Below are positions 34,705 through 41,345 of a stretch of 61,180 bases of DNA, piece after piece. A program made the translations under genes and the position numbers. Position 1 is the stretch's first letter, and each line of letters opens with the position of its first letter. The notes under the pieces are model-generated. The model ran no database searches and was not told where the DNA came from. It saw nothing but the letters and a program-made list of their open reading frames with translations. The DNA comes from a virus, in the IMG/VR virus record IMGVR_UViG_3300023099_000001, positions 1 through 61,180 of that record, one strand, 5' to 3'.

Positions 34705-35673
34705 TTGTTAACTCAAAAATTCAACGAATTTAAGAGGCTTTACGTTACCCCTAAAAGCCTTCCATCAAAATACAATGTACCAAAAGATGCCGTTGATTGG
34801 TCATCATGGTGTGGCGTAGCGGTTAGAACCTTCAGTCAATGGATCGGATGGCAAAAATGGCCTGATGCTCCTTTCGGAACTGCCACTATCGCTGGAAATA
34901 ATTCAGGTCCGTTAAACAATAATTTCAATCTTGCACCCATTGGCGCTTATCACTTTTGGGGTGGGGGGCCGCTAGGGCATGGTCATGTTGTGATAGACCT
35001 AGAAGGCGGCGGGCACACCGTTGGTCAATCTTTTAATACGCTAAATATTAGTTCCGTATCGAACATGACCAAAACCCTAGAACGTTCAGGTCACTTCTAT
35101 CGCGGCTGGTCTAGAAACTATGCTGGCGGCACACTTATTCCGTCATCATCCACTGCCGGTGGGGATGTTAAACCGCTACCTAATAATAAGGAAATTGATA
35201 TGCTCCCAGTGATGCTTCATACCCCCGCAACTAACAAAACTATTATCGTTTTTGCAGAGGCAAACAAAATTCTTCAACTTACAGATGATGCCGGTCTGAG
35301 AGATTTAGCAATCTCAATGTATTCACCTGTGCTATACATGCAACAGCCGGAAAATGTTTGGGCTGCGCGACTGCAAATGTTAGGGTTTGCAGAAGTTGCC
35401 TCAAACCCAGAGTTAATTAACAGTGTCCCCCGCCTTGGGTATTATTTACAGGGCACAGTGGATAGCGCTACCATCGTTAACACTATTAAGCAAGCCATCA
35501 AAGACTCTCCATTAGTAGATGTTGACGAATCGGCCATAGCTGAACTGTTAGGACCTAAGCTTGTCGAGTCTCTAACTCCTAAGTTTGACGCGCTGGAAAT
35601 TGACTATACCGAAGTTGCTAAATTTGTTAACGACGAAGATGATCGTCGTGAACGTGAGCGTCTTTCTTTATAA
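34705..35673 (+). CDS. endolysin (putative cysteine peptidase, CHAP/NlpC-like N-domain)
   Basis: 322 aa, TTG start after a GGGG RBS. WCGVAV...GHGHVVIDLEG gives a Cys/His pair. Followed by three membrane proteins. Confidence 0.5.
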   Translation: MLTQKFNEFKRLYVTPKSLPSKYNVPKDAVDWSSWCGVAVRTFSQWIGWQKWPDAPFGTATIAGNNSGPLNNNFNLAPIGAYHFWGGGPLGHGHVVIDLEGGGHTVGQSFNTLNISSVSNMTKTLERSGHFYRGWSRNYAGGTLIPSSSTAGGDVKPLPNNKEIDMLPVMLHTPATNKTIIVFAEANKILQLTDDAGLRDLAISMYSPVLYMQQPENVWAARLQMLGFAEVASNPELINSVPRLGYYLQGTVDSATIVNTIKQAIKDSPLVDVDESAIAELLGPKLVESLTPKFDALEIDYTEVAKFVNDEDDRRERERLSL

Positions 35674-36083
35674 TGCTTATTAATCGTGGGTTACTTATTG
35701 TTGTCTATGCTCTGTCAAGTTTAATGGGGCTTATGACTACAGTGTTTCCTGTGACTGCAATTGTAGATATCATTACATTACACTTCACAGTCGGCTACGG
35801 GCTATCTATTTTTGCGGGCTCAGTAGGCGCGCTTATAGCAGTAATCAAGCCGGATTACCGCCTAGAAATTGTTTTCCTTTGGTTCATCGTAGCTGGATAT
35901 TTGTGCTATGATGTGGCACTTTGGGGATTATTTTTTGAGCGCGTGGGGGTACCAGATGGCTTAGCGCCACCCTATGGCCCTGCTTTAGGTATAGCTGTTC
36001 TAGTATCTTTGTTGTTTGCTAAGCAGGTAACTTTGATAGCAAAAAATCGTGAGCTTGTTAGGAATGTAAATAATAATGCCTAA
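35673..36083 (+). CDS. holin-like membrane protein (4 predicted TM)
   Basis: 136 aa, highly hydrophobic. Confidence 0.6.
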   Translation: MLINRGLLIVVYALSSLMGLMTTVFPVTAIVDIITLHFTVGYGLSIFAGSVGALIAVIKPDYRLEIVFLWFIVAGYLCYDVALWGLFFERVGVPDGLAPPYGPALGIAVLVSLLFAKQVTLIAKNRELVRNVNNNA

Positions 36084-36492
36084 CTGGTTTGATCTTATAG
36101 TTGAAGGTAATATTGCAGCGATAATAATTTCGTTTATTTTGGTTGCGCTTACAGGCGCTGTTGGCGCATCTATCGTGAATGGTATATATGCAAGCCGTCG
36201 CGGTGTCCGGGGTGACGCTTTAGTTAAAGAACAAAATGGTATTACAGGTCTGGGTAAACTTGCTGATTCTCAGGGGGAGTATATCGACAGACTAGAAAAA
36301 AGATTGTCAGAAGTCGAGACTAGTGCCAAAGAGCAAATCGCGGAACTGCGGACAGAGTTTGAAGCCAAAGTAGATGAGCTAGAAACTAAGCTATTTATCG
36401 AAGTGGAATATTCTAACGTTTTAATTTCTGCCTTATCTGAAAATACAATTCCAATACCACCGCGCCCCATTAGGCGCATTAAGGACAAATAA
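36076..36492 (+). CDS. membrane-anchored coiled-coil protein (lysis accessory)
   Basis: 138 aa; N-terminal TM helix plus a coiled coil (LEKRLSEVETSAKEQIAELRTEFEAKVDELE). Confidence 0.5.
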   Translation: MPNWFDLIVEGNIAAIIISFILVALTGAVGASIVNGIYASRRGVRGDALVKEQNGITGLGKLADSQGEYIDRLEKRLSEVETSAKEQIAELRTEFEAKVDELETKLFIEVEYSNVLISALSENTIPIPPRPIRRIKDK

Positions 36493-36803
36493 TGATTGAG
36501 TTTAACTTAGAAATCGCACAGCTTATCGGTATCCTATCAGGTATCGTAATCCCTGTGCTCGTTGGTCTAGTGACTCGTTACGTCACACACAGCGGTATTA
36601 AAGCTGGGTTGCTTGCTGGTCTTTCGTTTGGCATTAACTTGCTAACCGAGCTTGGCGCAGCTTTAGCTAACGGCACAGCGTACAACCTTGGAGCGGCGTT
36701 ACTTGCTGGTCTAGGCACTGTTATCGTTGCTGTGAGTCTACACTACGGTATTTACAAGCCTACCGGTGTGTCGGATGTTGCGCAGCGCTCTCTAATCAAG
36801 TAG
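36492..36803 (+). CDS. holin-like membrane protein
   Basis: 103 aa, 3 hydrophobic segments. Confidence 0.55.
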   Translation: MIEFNLEIAQLIGILSGIVIPVLVGLVTRYVTHSGIKAGLLAGLSFGINLLTELGAALANGTAYNLGAALLAGLGTVIVAVSLHYGIYKPTGVSDVAQRSLIK

Positions 36804-36840
36804 AATAGTAGCTGGACAGGGGACGCTTGACCGGCAGCGC

Positions 36841-36874
36841 AAAGGGCACGTTACGATTATGTAACGTGCCCTTT
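36841..36874. terminator. perfect 14-bp hairpin (terminator-like)
   Basis: AAAGGGCACGTTAC-gattat-GTAACGTGCCCTTT. Confidence 0.6.
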
Positions 36875-36917
36875 GTCATGTAAAATAGTAAGCGCGCCTA
36901 CCTAATTGGAGGATACA

Positions 36918-38021
36918 ATGGCTCGCATTTTAACTGAGGCTGACCTGAAACGTGTTGAAGGGTTGTCAGGTAGAGAAGCCGCAAAAGTTCTGGGTGTCGG
37001 TAAGACTACCGTCAATGAAGCCCGCCGACAAAACCTATTCGCACGTCCACTTGTTTTCACAGATGAGCCGCAGTGGCCTGTCATCCAGCCCGCGCAGCCT
37101 GTGGCTGTAACGCTGAAGCTTAGTCAACTACGAGAAAACTTCGGCCCTAAATCTGAATGGAAGACAGCTATCTTCCTGCCAGACCCGCAAATTGGTTACC
37201 GTAAATTCGAGGACGGCACGCTTGATCCATTCCACGATGAGCGAGCAATGGAACTTGCGCTACAAATCGTAGCATATGAAGAGGTTAAAAATGGTGTCGA
37301 TCAGGTTGTAAACCTTGGCGACTTCCTTGACCTGCCTACACAATCACGCTGGGCGCAAGAGGCCACTTTCGCTAACACCACACAGCTTGCGATTGACCGT
37401 GGACATAGATTCTTAGCCGAACAGCGTGCGGTTGCTCCCAATGCTCGCGTCGTTCTTATTGAGGGTAACCATGACAGACGACTACAAAACTTCGTGGAGA
37501 TTAACGCACTGTCGGCTTTTGGTATTCGCCGCGCTAATATGCCTGCAAGCTGGCCTGTTATGTCTCTCCCTTATTTGCTTCGCCTTGATGAGCTTTCCGT
37601 GGAATATATTGATAGCTACCCTGCTGGGGTTCACTGGGTTGCAGATGATCTTCGTGCCATTCATGGCGACAAAGTTCGCAGTGGAGGGTCAACGGCAGCA
37701 GCCTACACCAACGCTCTACCCCACATCAGCACAGTGTTCGGACACACACACAGACTAGAGATTCAGTCTACTACCACCTTTGATCGTTTGGGTAAGATTC
37801 GCTCAATGGCGATTTCTCCCGGTTGCCTGTGCCGTGTTGATGGCGCTGTGCCCAGTGTTCACGGTGCTATTGGTGTTGACAGTAAGCCAGCTTATGTAGC
37901 CGAGAATTGGCAGCAGGGTGTGGCGGTTATCAAGTATAAGGACACCGGTGAGTTTTTCGTGAACCTTGTACAGATTGATGATGGACTTACCGTGTATGAG
38001 GGTGTAGAGTTTAAGGTATGA
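36918..38021 (+). CDS. HTH-containing calcineurin-like metallophosphoesterase (start at ATG 36918)
   Basis: GGAGGA RBS. N-terminal HTH (EAAKVLGVGKTTVNEARRQ). Motifs NLGDFLD, IEGNHD, FGHTH. Confidence 0.75.
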   Translation: MARILTEADLKRVEGLSGREAAKVLGVGKTTVNEARRQNLFARPLVFTDEPQWPVIQPAQPVAVTLKLSQLRENFGPKSEWKTAIFLPDPQIGYRKFEDGTLDPFHDERAMELALQIVAYEEVKNGVDQVVNLGDFLDLPTQSRWAQEATFANTTQLAIDRGHRFLAEQRAVAPNARVVLIEGNHDRRLQNFVEINALSAFGIRRANMPASWPVMSLPYLLRLDELSVEYIDSYPAGVHWVADDLRAIHGDKVRSGGSTAAAYTNALPHISTVFGHTHRLEIQSTTTFDRLGKIRSMAISPGCLCRVDGAVPSVHGAIGVDSKPAYVAENWQQGVAVIKYKDTGEFFVNLVQIDDGLTVYEGVEFKV

Positions 38022-38182
38022 TACTAACCATTGCTCCTACGAGTACCGTGTACATGGACGGTACTGGAATGTATTCTGTACGCGAAGAAAATAAGCCGGG
38101 AATACTTTATACACTAAGACTGTGGCCTGAAGACTACAGCAGCCTAGTCAACAGCGGCGTATTTGTGGCGGTGCGAATATGA
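38018..38182 (+). CDS. small ORF (54 aa)
   Basis: ATGA-coupled to the upstream stop; hand translation MILTIAPTSTVYMDGTGMYSVREENKPG... Confidence 0.4.
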   Translation: MILTIAPTSTVYMDGTGMYSVREENKPGILYTLRLWPEDYSSLVNSGVFVAVRI

Positions 38183-38358
38183 TGAAAGTTGACGGAATCT
38201 GTCGGTGCGGGAATAAGTTAGACTTGGCTAGCGTTACACCTTGCACACACTGTGACAATGTGTGTATACTGAATCCTAGAAGTTGTTCATTCTGCAAAGC
38301 ACTAAATGAAACTGGTGGGGATGCAGAATATTATGACTACCATGCGGATACAAAATAG
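38179..38358 (+). CDS. small Cys-rich (zinc-ribbon-like) protein (59 aa)
   Basis: MMKVDGICRCGNKLDLASVTPCTHCDNVCILNPRSCSFCKAL...; ATGA-coupled. Confidence 0.45.
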   Translation: MMKVDGICRCGNKLDLASVTPCTHCDNVCILNPRSCSFCKALNETGGDAEYYDYHADTK

Positions 38359-38366
38359 TGTATAAT
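38359..38366 (+). promoter_or_regulatory. extended -10 promoter (TGTATAAT; TAGTGTATAAT copy) at the head of the tRNA array
   Basis: tagTGTATAATag lies 20 nt before the first tRNA-like gene. Confidence 0.5.
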
Positions 38367-38385
38367 AGATAACTCAAGCTGACGT

Positions 38386-38456
38386 ATCGTGTTGGTGTAA
38401 TGGCAGCACAAGAAACTCCAAATCTCTTGGCGGGAGTTCGATTCTCTCACACTTTG
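38386..38456 (+). tRNA. tRNA-Trp(CCA)-like, acceptor stem defective at pairs 2-71 and 3-70
   Basis: D arm GTGT/GCAC, anticodon loop CTCCAAA, T arm GGGAG-TTCGATT-CTCTC, CCA encoded. Acceptor ATCGTGT/ACACTTT gives only 5 of 7 pairs. Confidence 0.45.
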
Positions 38457-38479
38457 CCAGCTTGAATAACTAAATACTT

Positions 38480-38552
38480 GGGCCTATGACTAGATAGGGA
38501 TGTCCCTGCTTTGCAAGCAGTGTGTATGGGAGTTCGAATCTCCTTAGGTCCA
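38480..38552 (+). tRNA. tRNA-Ala(TGC)
   Basis: Acceptor GGGCCTA/TAGGTCC with G3:U70; anticodon loop TTTGCAA; T loop TTCGAAT. Confidence 0.7.
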
Positions 38553-38557
38553 CGCAA

Positions 38558-38629
38558 CGCGGTGTAGTCTAACGGTAGGACAACAGTTTCATACGCTGTA
38601 CAGTGCGAGTTCGATTCTCGTCACCGCAA
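38558..38629 (+). tRNA. tRNA-Met(CAT) with C1-A72 mismatch (initiator-like acceptor), CCA encoded
   Basis: CGCGGTG/CACCGCA; anticodon loop TTCATAC; T arm GCGAG-TTCGATT-CTCGT; A73-CCA. Confidence 0.7.
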
Positions 38630-38654
38630 CCACTTGACAACTTAATATCAACAA

Positions 38655-38726
38655 CCGATTATACGCAAGAGGTATGCGGCACGCTTTGGGAGCATGAAGT
38701 CGAAGGTTCGAATCCTTCTAATCGGA
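38655..38726 (+). tRNA. tRNA-Pro(TGG)
   Basis: CCGATTA/TAATCGG; loop TTTGGGA (G37); T arm GAAGG-TTCGAAT-CCTTC. Confidence 0.75.
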
Positions 38727-38728
38727 CT

Positions 38729-38801
38729 GCGGCTATGACAGAATGATAATTGTCACTGATTGTGGATCAGTTGTACGTGGGTTTGATCCCCACTAGTCGC
38801 C
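38729..38801 (+). tRNA. tRNA-His(GTG), CCA encoded
   Basis: GCGGCTA/TAGTCGC; C73; anticodon stem ACTGA/TCAGT; loop TTGTGGA. Confidence 0.75.
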
Positions 38802-38896
38802 CCACTTCCCGGTAACGGGCAGCGCAACAATCGGCGCGATAAAAGACATGAGGTTAGCGGCCTCAGGTGAAGTCCTCACTGACGAATGGACAATTT

Positions 38897-38968
38897 GGGA
38901 CTATAGCTCAGAGGAAGAGCATTCGCCTGTCGAGCGAAAGGTCGCGGTATCGTAATCCGTTAGTCTCG
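38897..38968 (+). tRNA. tRNA-Asp(GTC), non-canonical T arm (U53-U61), CCA encoded
   Basis: GGGACTA/TAGTCTC; stem TTCGC/GCGAA; loop CTGTCGA; T arm GCGGT-ATCGTAA-TCCGT. Confidence 0.65.
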
Positions 38969-38972
38969 CCAA

Positions 38973-39045
38973 GTCGCATTAGGATAGCGGTTAATCCACT
39001 TGATTCTCAGTCAAGATACCGAGGGTTCGAATCCCTCATGCGATA
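38973..39045 (+). tRNA. tRNA-Glu(CTC)
   Basis: GTCGCAT/ATGCGAT; stem CTTGA/TCAAG; loop TTCTCAG; T arm GAGGG-TTCGAAT-CCCTC. Confidence 0.7.
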
Positions 39046-39046
39046 C

Positions 39047-39120
39047 GCTCCGTTGGTCTAGCGGTTAGGATGCCGGGCTTTCACCCCGTGCGAACGTCGG
39101 TTCGAATCCGACACGGAGTA
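39047..39120 (+). tRNA. tRNA-Glu(TTC)
   Basis: GCTCCGT/ACGGAGT; loop CTTTCAC; T arm GTCGG-TTCGAAT-CCGAC. Confidence 0.7.
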
Positions 39121-39122
39121 CG

Positions 39123-39150
39123 ATAGCACAGTACACCCTGTGCTATTTTT
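39123..39150 (+). terminator. rho-independent terminator inside the tRNA array
   Basis: ATAGCACAG-tacacc-CTGTGCTAT followed by TTTT. Confidence 0.7.
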
Positions 39151-39165
39151 AGTCAGTGGAGTATA

Positions 39166-39249
39166 ATGGATAACAGTACAGAGAACATCGACGGATTTGC
39201 TTGCCCAATTGATCCTATGGAAGCCTTGCAATGCGAGTCTTGCCAGTGA
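39166..39249 (+). CDS. micro-ORF (27 aa, Cys-containing)
   Basis: GGAG-tata-ATG; hand translation MDNSTENIDGFACPIDPMEALQCESCQ. Confidence 0.3.
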   Translation: MDNSTENIDGFACPIDPMEALQCESCQ

Positions 39250-39255
39250 TATAAT
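39247..39255 (+). promoter_or_regulatory. extended -10 element (TGaTATAAT) 8 nt before tRNA-Tyr
   Basis: The predicted start site would fall at or next to the mature tRNA 5' end. Confidence 0.4.
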
Positions 39256-39263
39256 TAAATAAC

Positions 39264-39345
39264 GGCGCGTTACTCAAGCGGTTAACGAGGTCTGACTGTA
39301 AATCAGATGTGTAATGCTACGGGAGTTCGAATCTCTCACGCGCCA
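39264..39345 (+). tRNA. tRNA-Tyr(GTA), class II
   Basis: GGCGCGT/ACGCGCC; stem TCTGA/TCAGA; loop CTGTAAA; 13-nt variable arm. Confidence 0.8.
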
Positions 39346-39405
39346 CGCAGTAGCTGAAGTGTTGCAACGGGACTAACTGAATAACTCCCTATTGCTGCTG
39401 CACTT

Positions 39406-39478
39406 GCCCCTTTAGCTCAAACGGTAGAGCATTGGTCTGAAACGCCGAGGGTTGTTGGTTCGAATCCAATGGGGGGCA
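39406..39478 (+). tRNA. tRNA-Phe(GAA)
   Basis: GCCCCTT/GGGGGGC; loop CTGAAAC; T arm GTTGG-TTCGAAT-CCAAT. Confidence 0.75.
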
Positions 39479-39483
39479 CGCAT

Positions 39484-39556
39484 GCCTGTGTACCCCAATG
39501 GCAGAGGGACAGCACTTAAAATGCTTTCAGTAAGGGTTCGAGTCCCTTGACAGGTA
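39484..39556 (+). tRNA. class-I-shaped tRNA with anticodon TAA (UUA-Leu codon)
   Basis: GCCTGTG/GACAGGT; loop CTTAAAA; only a 5-nt variable region; T arm AAGGG-TTCGAGT-CCCTT. Confidence 0.55.
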
Positions 39557-39574
39557 CGTTACAATTAAACATAT

Positions 39575-39655
39575 GGCTCATTGGTGGAATGGTATACACG
39601 CTAGTCTTAGGAACTAGTGCCGAAAGGTATAAGAGTTCGAATCTCTTATGGGCTA
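39575..39655 (+). tRNA. tRNA-Leu(TAG), class II
   Basis: GGCTCAT/ATGGGCT; stem CTAGT/ACTAG; loop CTTAGGA; 13-nt variable arm. Confidence 0.75.
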
Positions 39656-39669
39656 CTCGTAGGAAAATA

Positions 39670-39740
39670 AAAGCTATAGTGTAGTGGAAGCGCGCCGGGC
39701 CGTTAACCCGGAAGTGGGAGTTCGATTCTCTCTAGCAAAA
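39670..39740 (+). tRNA. tRNA-Asn(GTT)-like, acceptor pairs 1-3 all A-A, C33
   Basis: AAAGCTA/TAGCAAA; stem CCGGG/CCCGG; loop CCGTTAA; canonical D and T arms. Possibly a pseudogene. Confidence 0.4.
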
Positions 39741-39817
39741 AGTGGTGTATACTGCACACGTAAGCGCTCCCTGTTTGGTACGGGGGAAGCGGGACGAGGA
39801 CTACCGCATAGAAACGG

Positions 39818-39846
39818 TAGACACTACGATTCATTTAGTGTATAAT
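39818..39846 (+). promoter_or_regulatory. promoter (TAGACA-17 nt-TGTATAAT; TAGTGTATAAT copy)
   Basis: -35 at 39818-39823, 17-nt spacer, extended -10 at 39839-39846, 6 nt before ATG 39853. Confidence 0.55.
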
Positions 39847-39852
39847 AGGAGA

Positions 39853-39921
39853 ATGATGATTAAGCAGCAAACGAAATGCTCGGGCATAGGTAATACTGTC
39901 CGCGCCCTGTTTGCTGCCTAA
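39853..39921 (+). CDS. micro-ORF (22 aa), possibly leaderless
   Basis: MMIKQQTKCSGIGNTVRALFAA; followed by a terminator. Confidence 0.3.
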   Translation: MMIKQQTKCSGIGNTVRALFAA

Positions 39922-39942
39922 AAGTTCTTAGAACTACTTGAC

Positions 39943-39973
39943 AGCCTATAGGGAAACCTGTAGGCTATTTTTA
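39943..39973 (+). terminator. rho-independent terminator
   Basis: AGCCTATAGG-gaaa-CCTGTAGGCT followed by ATTTTTAT. Confidence 0.7.
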
Positions 39974-39991
39974 TAACTACACACAGCAAAT

Positions 39992-40073
39992 GGAGACACG
40001 CATGGGAGAGCTTATGCGTCTTGAAAACGTTGATGACCGCAAGGTTGTGGGGGTTCGAGTCCCTCTGTCTCCG
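39992..40073 (+). tRNA. tRNA-Ser(TGA), class II, atypical D arm
   Basis: GGAGACA/TGTCTCC; loop CTTGAAA; variable arm GACC-gcaa-GGTT; T arm GGGGG-TTCGAGT-CCCTC. Confidence 0.6.
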
Positions 40074-40123
40074 CAATAGGTTAGGAAGCCCTGAGTTCCA
40101 GAACAGCACCGACACCTAGATTT

Positions 40124-40206
40124 GGAATCATGGCAGAGCGGTAATGCAGCACCCTGCTAAGGTGTACAGCCTCACGGTTGCGAAGGTTCGATTCCTTCTG
40201 GTTCCG
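40124..40206 (+). tRNA. tRNA-Ser(GCT), class II
   Basis: GGAATCA/TGGTTCC; stem GCACC/GGTGT; loop CTGCTAA; long variable arm. Confidence 0.75.
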
Positions 40207-40229
40207 CTTGACAACTAAATAATAACTAA

Positions 40230-40301
40230 CCCCCTGTAGCTCAGAGGCAGAGCACCGGACTTTTAATCCGAGGGCCGAGATTTCAAAATTCTCTGGGGGG
40301 A
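40230..40301 (+). tRNA. tRNA-Lys(TTT), non-canonical T arm (U53-U61)
   Basis: CCCCCTG/TGGGGGG; loop CTTTTAA; T arm GAGAT-TTCAAAA-TTCTC. Confidence 0.6.
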
Positions 40302-40395
40302 CAAACTCGACACACGGAGCGCTCTGTGCTAGAGTTAGGTACGTTGGACCGGACTGGTGCAATTCAAGCTAAGGTTTCCGCAACGTACCGATCTT

Positions 40396-40466
40396 GCCTT
40401 ATTGATGTAGAAGTAACATACTAGTCTTCCAAACTAGGTTCGCGGTGGCAGAATCCGCATAAGGCT
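40396..40466 (+). tRNA. tRNA-Gly(TCC), non-canonical T arm
   Basis: GCCTTAT/ATAAGGC; stem CTAGT/ACTAG; loop CTTCCAA; T arm GCGGT-GGCAGAA-TCCGC. Confidence 0.6.
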
Positions 40467-40485
40467 CTTGATAACTAAATAACAT

Positions 40486-40558
40486 GCCGAATTAGCTCAT
40501 CAGGTAGAGCAGGTATCTTGTAAATATCAGGTGGTCAGTTCGAGTCTGACATTCGGCC
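40486..40558 (+). tRNA. tRNA-Thr(TGT)
   Basis: GCCGAAT/ATTCGGC; loop CTTGTAA; T arm GTCAG-TTCGAGT-CTGAC. Confidence 0.8.
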
Positions 40559-40560
40559 CC

Positions 40561-40628
40561 GGTTCACGTTCTGGGAACAAGCATCCTTTACACGGAAGCT
40601 CCGCAGAGTCCGATTCTCTGGTGAACTA
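40561..40628 (+). tRNA. tRNA-Val(TAC), short D arm
   Basis: GGTTCAC/GTGAACT; loop TTTACAC; T arm CAGAG-TCCGATT-CTCTG. Confidence 0.55.
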
Positions 40629-40778
40629 CGCAATACGTCTTAGCATGGTGTAAGCCTGAAGCTAAGAACTATACAGGAACTTACATTCCGTGGTATAGTC
40701 GAGTCAAAGGATACTCGTAATCATCCGGCGCTGATAGTTTATGGTACAACGCATGAAGCATAATGAACCGTACAACAT

Positions 40779-40850
40779 TGGAGTGTGGCGCAGCGGCAGC
40801 GCAGGAAACTGTTAATTTCTTGGTCGTAGGTTCGAATCCTACCATTCCAG
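40779..40850 (+). tRNA. tRNA-Asn(GTT)
   Basis: TGGAGTG/CATTCCA; D arm GCGC/GCGC; loop CTGTTAA; T arm GTAGG-TTCGAAT-CCTAC. Confidence 0.75.
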
Positions 40851-40870
40851 CTTTACAATTAAATATCAAT

Positions 40871-40942
40871 GCCTTATTAGCTCAGCGGAAGAGCTTGCGC
40901 CTACGGAGCGTAGAGTCGGGAGTTCGAATCTCTCATAGGGCA
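40871..40942 (+). tRNA. tRNA-Arg(ACG)
   Basis: GCCTTAT/ATAGGGC; loop CTACGGA; T arm GGGAG-TTCGAAT-CTCTC. Confidence 0.8.
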
Positions 40943-41023
40943 CGAAAGGCTGTGTGGTAGGTATCTCAGACGCTCCCGATAACGGAGACAGTAGATCACA
41001 GTGAAGAAACACCCTACCGACAA

Positions 41024-41095
41024 TGCCCGCTGGTGTAACCGGCAACACGACTGGCTCTGAATCAGTTATTTCTAGTTCGAATCTAGGGTGGGCAG
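41024..41095 (+). tRNA. tRNA-Gln(CTG)
   Basis: TGCCCGC/GTGGGCA (U1-A72); loop CTCTGAA; T arm TCTAG-TTCGAAT-CTAGG. Confidence 0.75.
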
Positions 41096-41105
41096 CGCTT
41101 GACAT

Positions 41106-41177
41106 ACCCCGTTGGTGTAGCGGCAGCACGCGAGCCTTTGGAACTCGTAGGGCGTGGTTCGAATCCACGGTGGGGTG
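41106..41177 (+). tRNA. tRNA-Gln(TTG)
   Basis: ACCCCGT/GTGGGGT; loop CTTTGGA (31-39 C-A mismatch); T arm CGTGG-TTCGAAT-CCACG. Confidence 0.65.
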
Positions 41178-41197
41178 CTCTGATAATTTAATAACAC

Positions 41198-41269
41198 GCC
41201 CCTCTAACTCAGAGGCAGAGTATTCCCCTCTTAAGGGAAGAGTCGAGATTTCGAAATTCTCGGGGGGCA
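41198..41269 (+). tRNA. tRNA-Lys(CTT), non-canonical T arm (U53-U61)
   Basis: GCCCCTC/GGGGGGC; stem TTCCC/GGGAA; loop CTCTTAA; T arm GAGAT-TTCGAAA-TTCTC. Confidence 0.65.
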
Positions 41270-41270
41270 C

Positions 41271-41344
41271 TGTCCTAGGGCCGAACGGTTTGACGGCATG
41301 AAGCTTATAACTTCACGGACAGGGTTCAATTCCCTGTGGGACTA
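41271..41344 (+). tRNA. tRNA-Ile(TAT)
   Basis: TGTCCTA/TGGGACT (1-72 U-U); D stem GCCG/CGGC; stem TGAAG/CTTCA; loop CTTATAA. Confidence 0.55.
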
Positions 41345-41345
41345 C

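Noticed and set aside
38850-38885. CUGACGA preceded by a UGAGG...CCUCA stem in the 92-nt tRNA spacer as a hammerhead
   Set aside because: There is no U16.1-H17 before the stem, and no GAAA plus stem III in either permutation.
40337-40389. 9-bp stem GGTACGTTG...CAACGTACC and similar stems at 39348-39405 and 40955-41019 as extra tRNAs
   Set aside because: They are too short (53-63 nt), with no T loop and no canonical anticodon loop. They are probably tRNA remnants or processing hairpins. They were noted but not called.
38867-41301. ORFs of 62-134 aa on both strands across the tRNA array (38867, 39918, 40081, 40681, 40763, 40866, 41023)
   Set aside because: They run through tRNA genes. For example, the repeated PENFEIS peptides are just the two Lys tRNA genes translated in reverse. 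They are artefacts of stop-poor structured RNA sequence.
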